Part shown: one piece after another, positions 61,670 to 64,000 of the stretch | How the letters are laid out: each line of letters starts with the position of its first letter | How positions within the stretch are numbered: position 1 is the stretch's first letter | Assembly: GCF_020745735.1 (NCBI RefSeq) | Contig: NC_083435.1 | Location: 24,985,231-25,049,230, forward strand | Length of the DNA: 64,000 bases | Direction of reading: 5' to 3' | From: Hemiscyllium ocellatum | Taxonomy: Eukaryota | The notes under the pieces: generated by a model | What the model was told of the DNA's origin: nothing | Seen by the model: the letters and a program-made list of their open reading frames with translations, nothing else | Databases searched by the model: none | Position numbers and translations under genes: made by a program

Positions 61670-62000
61670 AGCGGCAGAGCGGTTGGAGTTGGCCTGGAGC
61701 GAGTGTTGCAGACTGGCGCATCCCAAGATCCAGGACTCCGTGCTGAGGGAGGCACTATGGCTTGGCGCAGCTGGGGAAAGGCCACTGTCTTGTACAGGGG
61801 TCCGTGCAGTTATCAGAGCCTCCTAATACCTCGGTGCACATAGACAATTGTCTTGTATGTGGGAGAGAGATGCCTTTGGATTCATTGAATAGAGTCAAAT
61901 TCAAACGCTTGTTCACTGGATATGCTCCTGTACAGAACCGAATTGCGTTTGTGACAAGCCATTTTTACGAAGATTTTTTTTAGTGAATAAAGTATATTTT
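61670..62000 (+). mobile_element. L1/Tx1-type LINE 3' end
   Basis: ECCRLAHPKIQDSVLREALWLGAA..GKATV resembles an ORF2 C-terminus I recall from shark Tx1-like elements; AATAAA near 61986. Confidence 0.6.
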
Positions 62001-62399
62001 TGAAATTTAACTAAAGCAAGTGGGAGGCTAAGAGGACCTTGCGTGCTGGGGCAGGGGAAGTTAATCTTGTTGTGCTACAGTGAGTTCCTGGCCATCCAAC
62101 TCCCAATGCCCATTAGATAGTCATGGAGAACTATACAGGGTGAATAATTCAGGTTGGATTTTTACACAATACAGATAATAAGAGATTGTATGTTTGCGAA
62201 AGAGATCGGAAGTCCTCTGTGGAGGAGCACTGGAACCCATCATGGCAATGCATAAGCTGATGATGTTCGGTTGGTCAATAGGGAATTTGGTTTTTTATTT
62301 CTTTTGTTGTGTGTGTGTGCGGGTGTGAGACACAGTGAAAGACACAAGGTGCACAAATCTTTGTTCCATTTCCAGCACCAGGAAGATCGGAAAACACCC

Positions 62400-62620
62400 G
62401 AGTGGCCAGTGACGAGCAGTGCCCTTCACATTAAAGGGCAATGCTGTGTGATCAAACAGTGAAGGGGAGGGCAGGGGTTACATCAAAATAGAATTGGAGG
62501 GGGAGATGATGCACTCTACTCCCTGTGGCGCCCACCTCTCCTTGAACAACTCCAGGGTGTTGGTGGACACCTCGTGCTCCTTCTCCAAGGACACCCGGGC
62601 CCTAACGTAACCGCGGAAGA
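62400..62620 (-). mobile_element. L1/Tx1-type LINE 3' end (second family)
   Basis: Minus frame ARVSLEKEHEVSTNTLELFKERWAPQGVECII, recalled as an L1/Tx1 ORF2 C-terminus. Confidence 0.55.
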
Positions 62621-63419
62621 GGGGCAGGCAATTGGAGTAGGGAACCTGTCATTGCAGTGTCTTGCACGCGATTGGTTAGAACAACACACACATGGAAGCC
62701 ACTCAATGTTCCATTTGCCTGTTTTGGTCGGAGGCGGTCAGGGAGTCTGGCTGGTGCATTATTTCTCTGGTTAAGGATGTCCCTTTGTTTCAGCGAAATC
62801 AGCTCCCAAAGCAAATCGCACTCCACCCTCGCCAGCATCCATTCAGTCCTCTCCCCCCGCCCCGTTCCACCCTCCCCAATCTCCCTTACCCCCTTCCAAT
62901 CTTAGGTCCAGATACTGCAACGTGGGCGAGTGTGAGGACTACAGATGCTGGAGATTAGAGTCGAGAGTGTGGCGCCGGAAAAGCACAGCGTCCGGGGAGC
63001 AAGCGAATCGACGTTCGGATGCTGCCTGACCCGGTGTGTTTACCCAGCTCCGCACTCTCTACCGTAACGTGGCACCGACCGAGAGTTTTGGTCTCGCCTC
63101 TTACGTGAATTGTGAATCTCTCTGTTTACGTGGTCTTTTTTTTTTCAAAACTCAACATTCCCAACGGAGGCGGCGGGTTGATCAAACCGCCTGCCTGGTG
63201 AAAGCTGTCTGATGCCGGTTTGGTCAACACATCTGCCAGACAGGAAGGACAGTGACCAATGCTGCAGGAAGATGAGCAGCAGCCCTGCCATACCTTGGTT
63301 CCTCCTTTTGGGGGTGATCTGAATGGGTTGAATGTGAGACGAAAAAAAATGTGGTGCTGGAAAAACACAGCAGGCCAGGCAGCATCTAGGAGCAAGAGAA
63401 TCGACGCTGGTCCTCACCT

Positions 63420-64000
63420 TCCACCCCACCAACCTCCGGATACATCGTCATTTCCGCCACCTCTAAACAGACCCCACCACCAGGGATATATTTCCCTCCC
63501 CACCCCTATCAGAGTTCTGGAGAGACTACTCCCTCTGTGACCCCCCTTGTCAGGTCCACACCCCCCCACCAACCCAACCTCCATCCCCAGCACCTTCCCC
63601 TGCAAGCGCAGGCAATGCAAAACTTGCGCCCACACCTCCTCCCTTACTTCCCTCCAAGGCCCCAAGGGATCCTTCCATATCCACCACAAATTCACCTGCA
63701 CCTCCACACACATCATTTAATGCATCCGCTGCACCCGATGTGGCCTCCTCTATATTGGGGAGACAGGCCGCCTACATGCGGAATGTTTCAGAGAACACCT
63801 CTGGGACACCCGCACCAACCAACCCAACCACCCTGTGGCTGTACACTTCAACTGCCCCTCCCACTCCGCCAAGGACATGCAGGTCTTTGGCCTCCTCCAT
63901 CGCCAGACCCTGGCCACACGACGCCTGGGGGAAGAGCGCCTCATCTTCCGCCTAGGAACCCTCCAACCACAAGGGATGAATGTAGATTTCTCCAGCTTCC
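63420..64000 (+). mobile_element. Penelope-like GIY-YIG fragment running off the window edge
   Basis: Homologous to 12053-12530 (CIRCTRCGLLYIGETGR). Confidence 0.88.

Overview
Repeat-rich cartilaginous-fish genomic DNA. HE1-type SINEs, CR1/HER1 LINEs and Penelope-like elements point to a shark; the species is an inference. Read by hand, the window holds a cluster of three NKp30/NCR3-family genes with non-rearranging VJ-type Ig domains. All four V exons are 339 nt with phase-1 splice borders. Gene A (+; V 7141-7479, TM ~15062-15202) is a frameshifted pseudogene of activating type (Arg in the TM). Gene B (-; leader 30155-30206, V 29689-30027, TM 27695-27799) is also activating type, with a frameshift compensated at the splice donor and a dead TM donor. 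Gene C (-; 52472 to 43384) looks intact and inhibitory: leader, two recently duplicated V exons, an uncharged TM and two ITIM exons (VQYCAL, LQYCAL). Most of these exons are missing from the ORF track. A second layer is a set of Penelope-derived elements carrying minimal hammerhead ribozymes, often as fold-back palindromes with 11-15 bp target-site duplications; the largest has 784-bp arms. All gene models are manual predictions without transcript data. Repeat boundaries are approximate unless a TSD is given.
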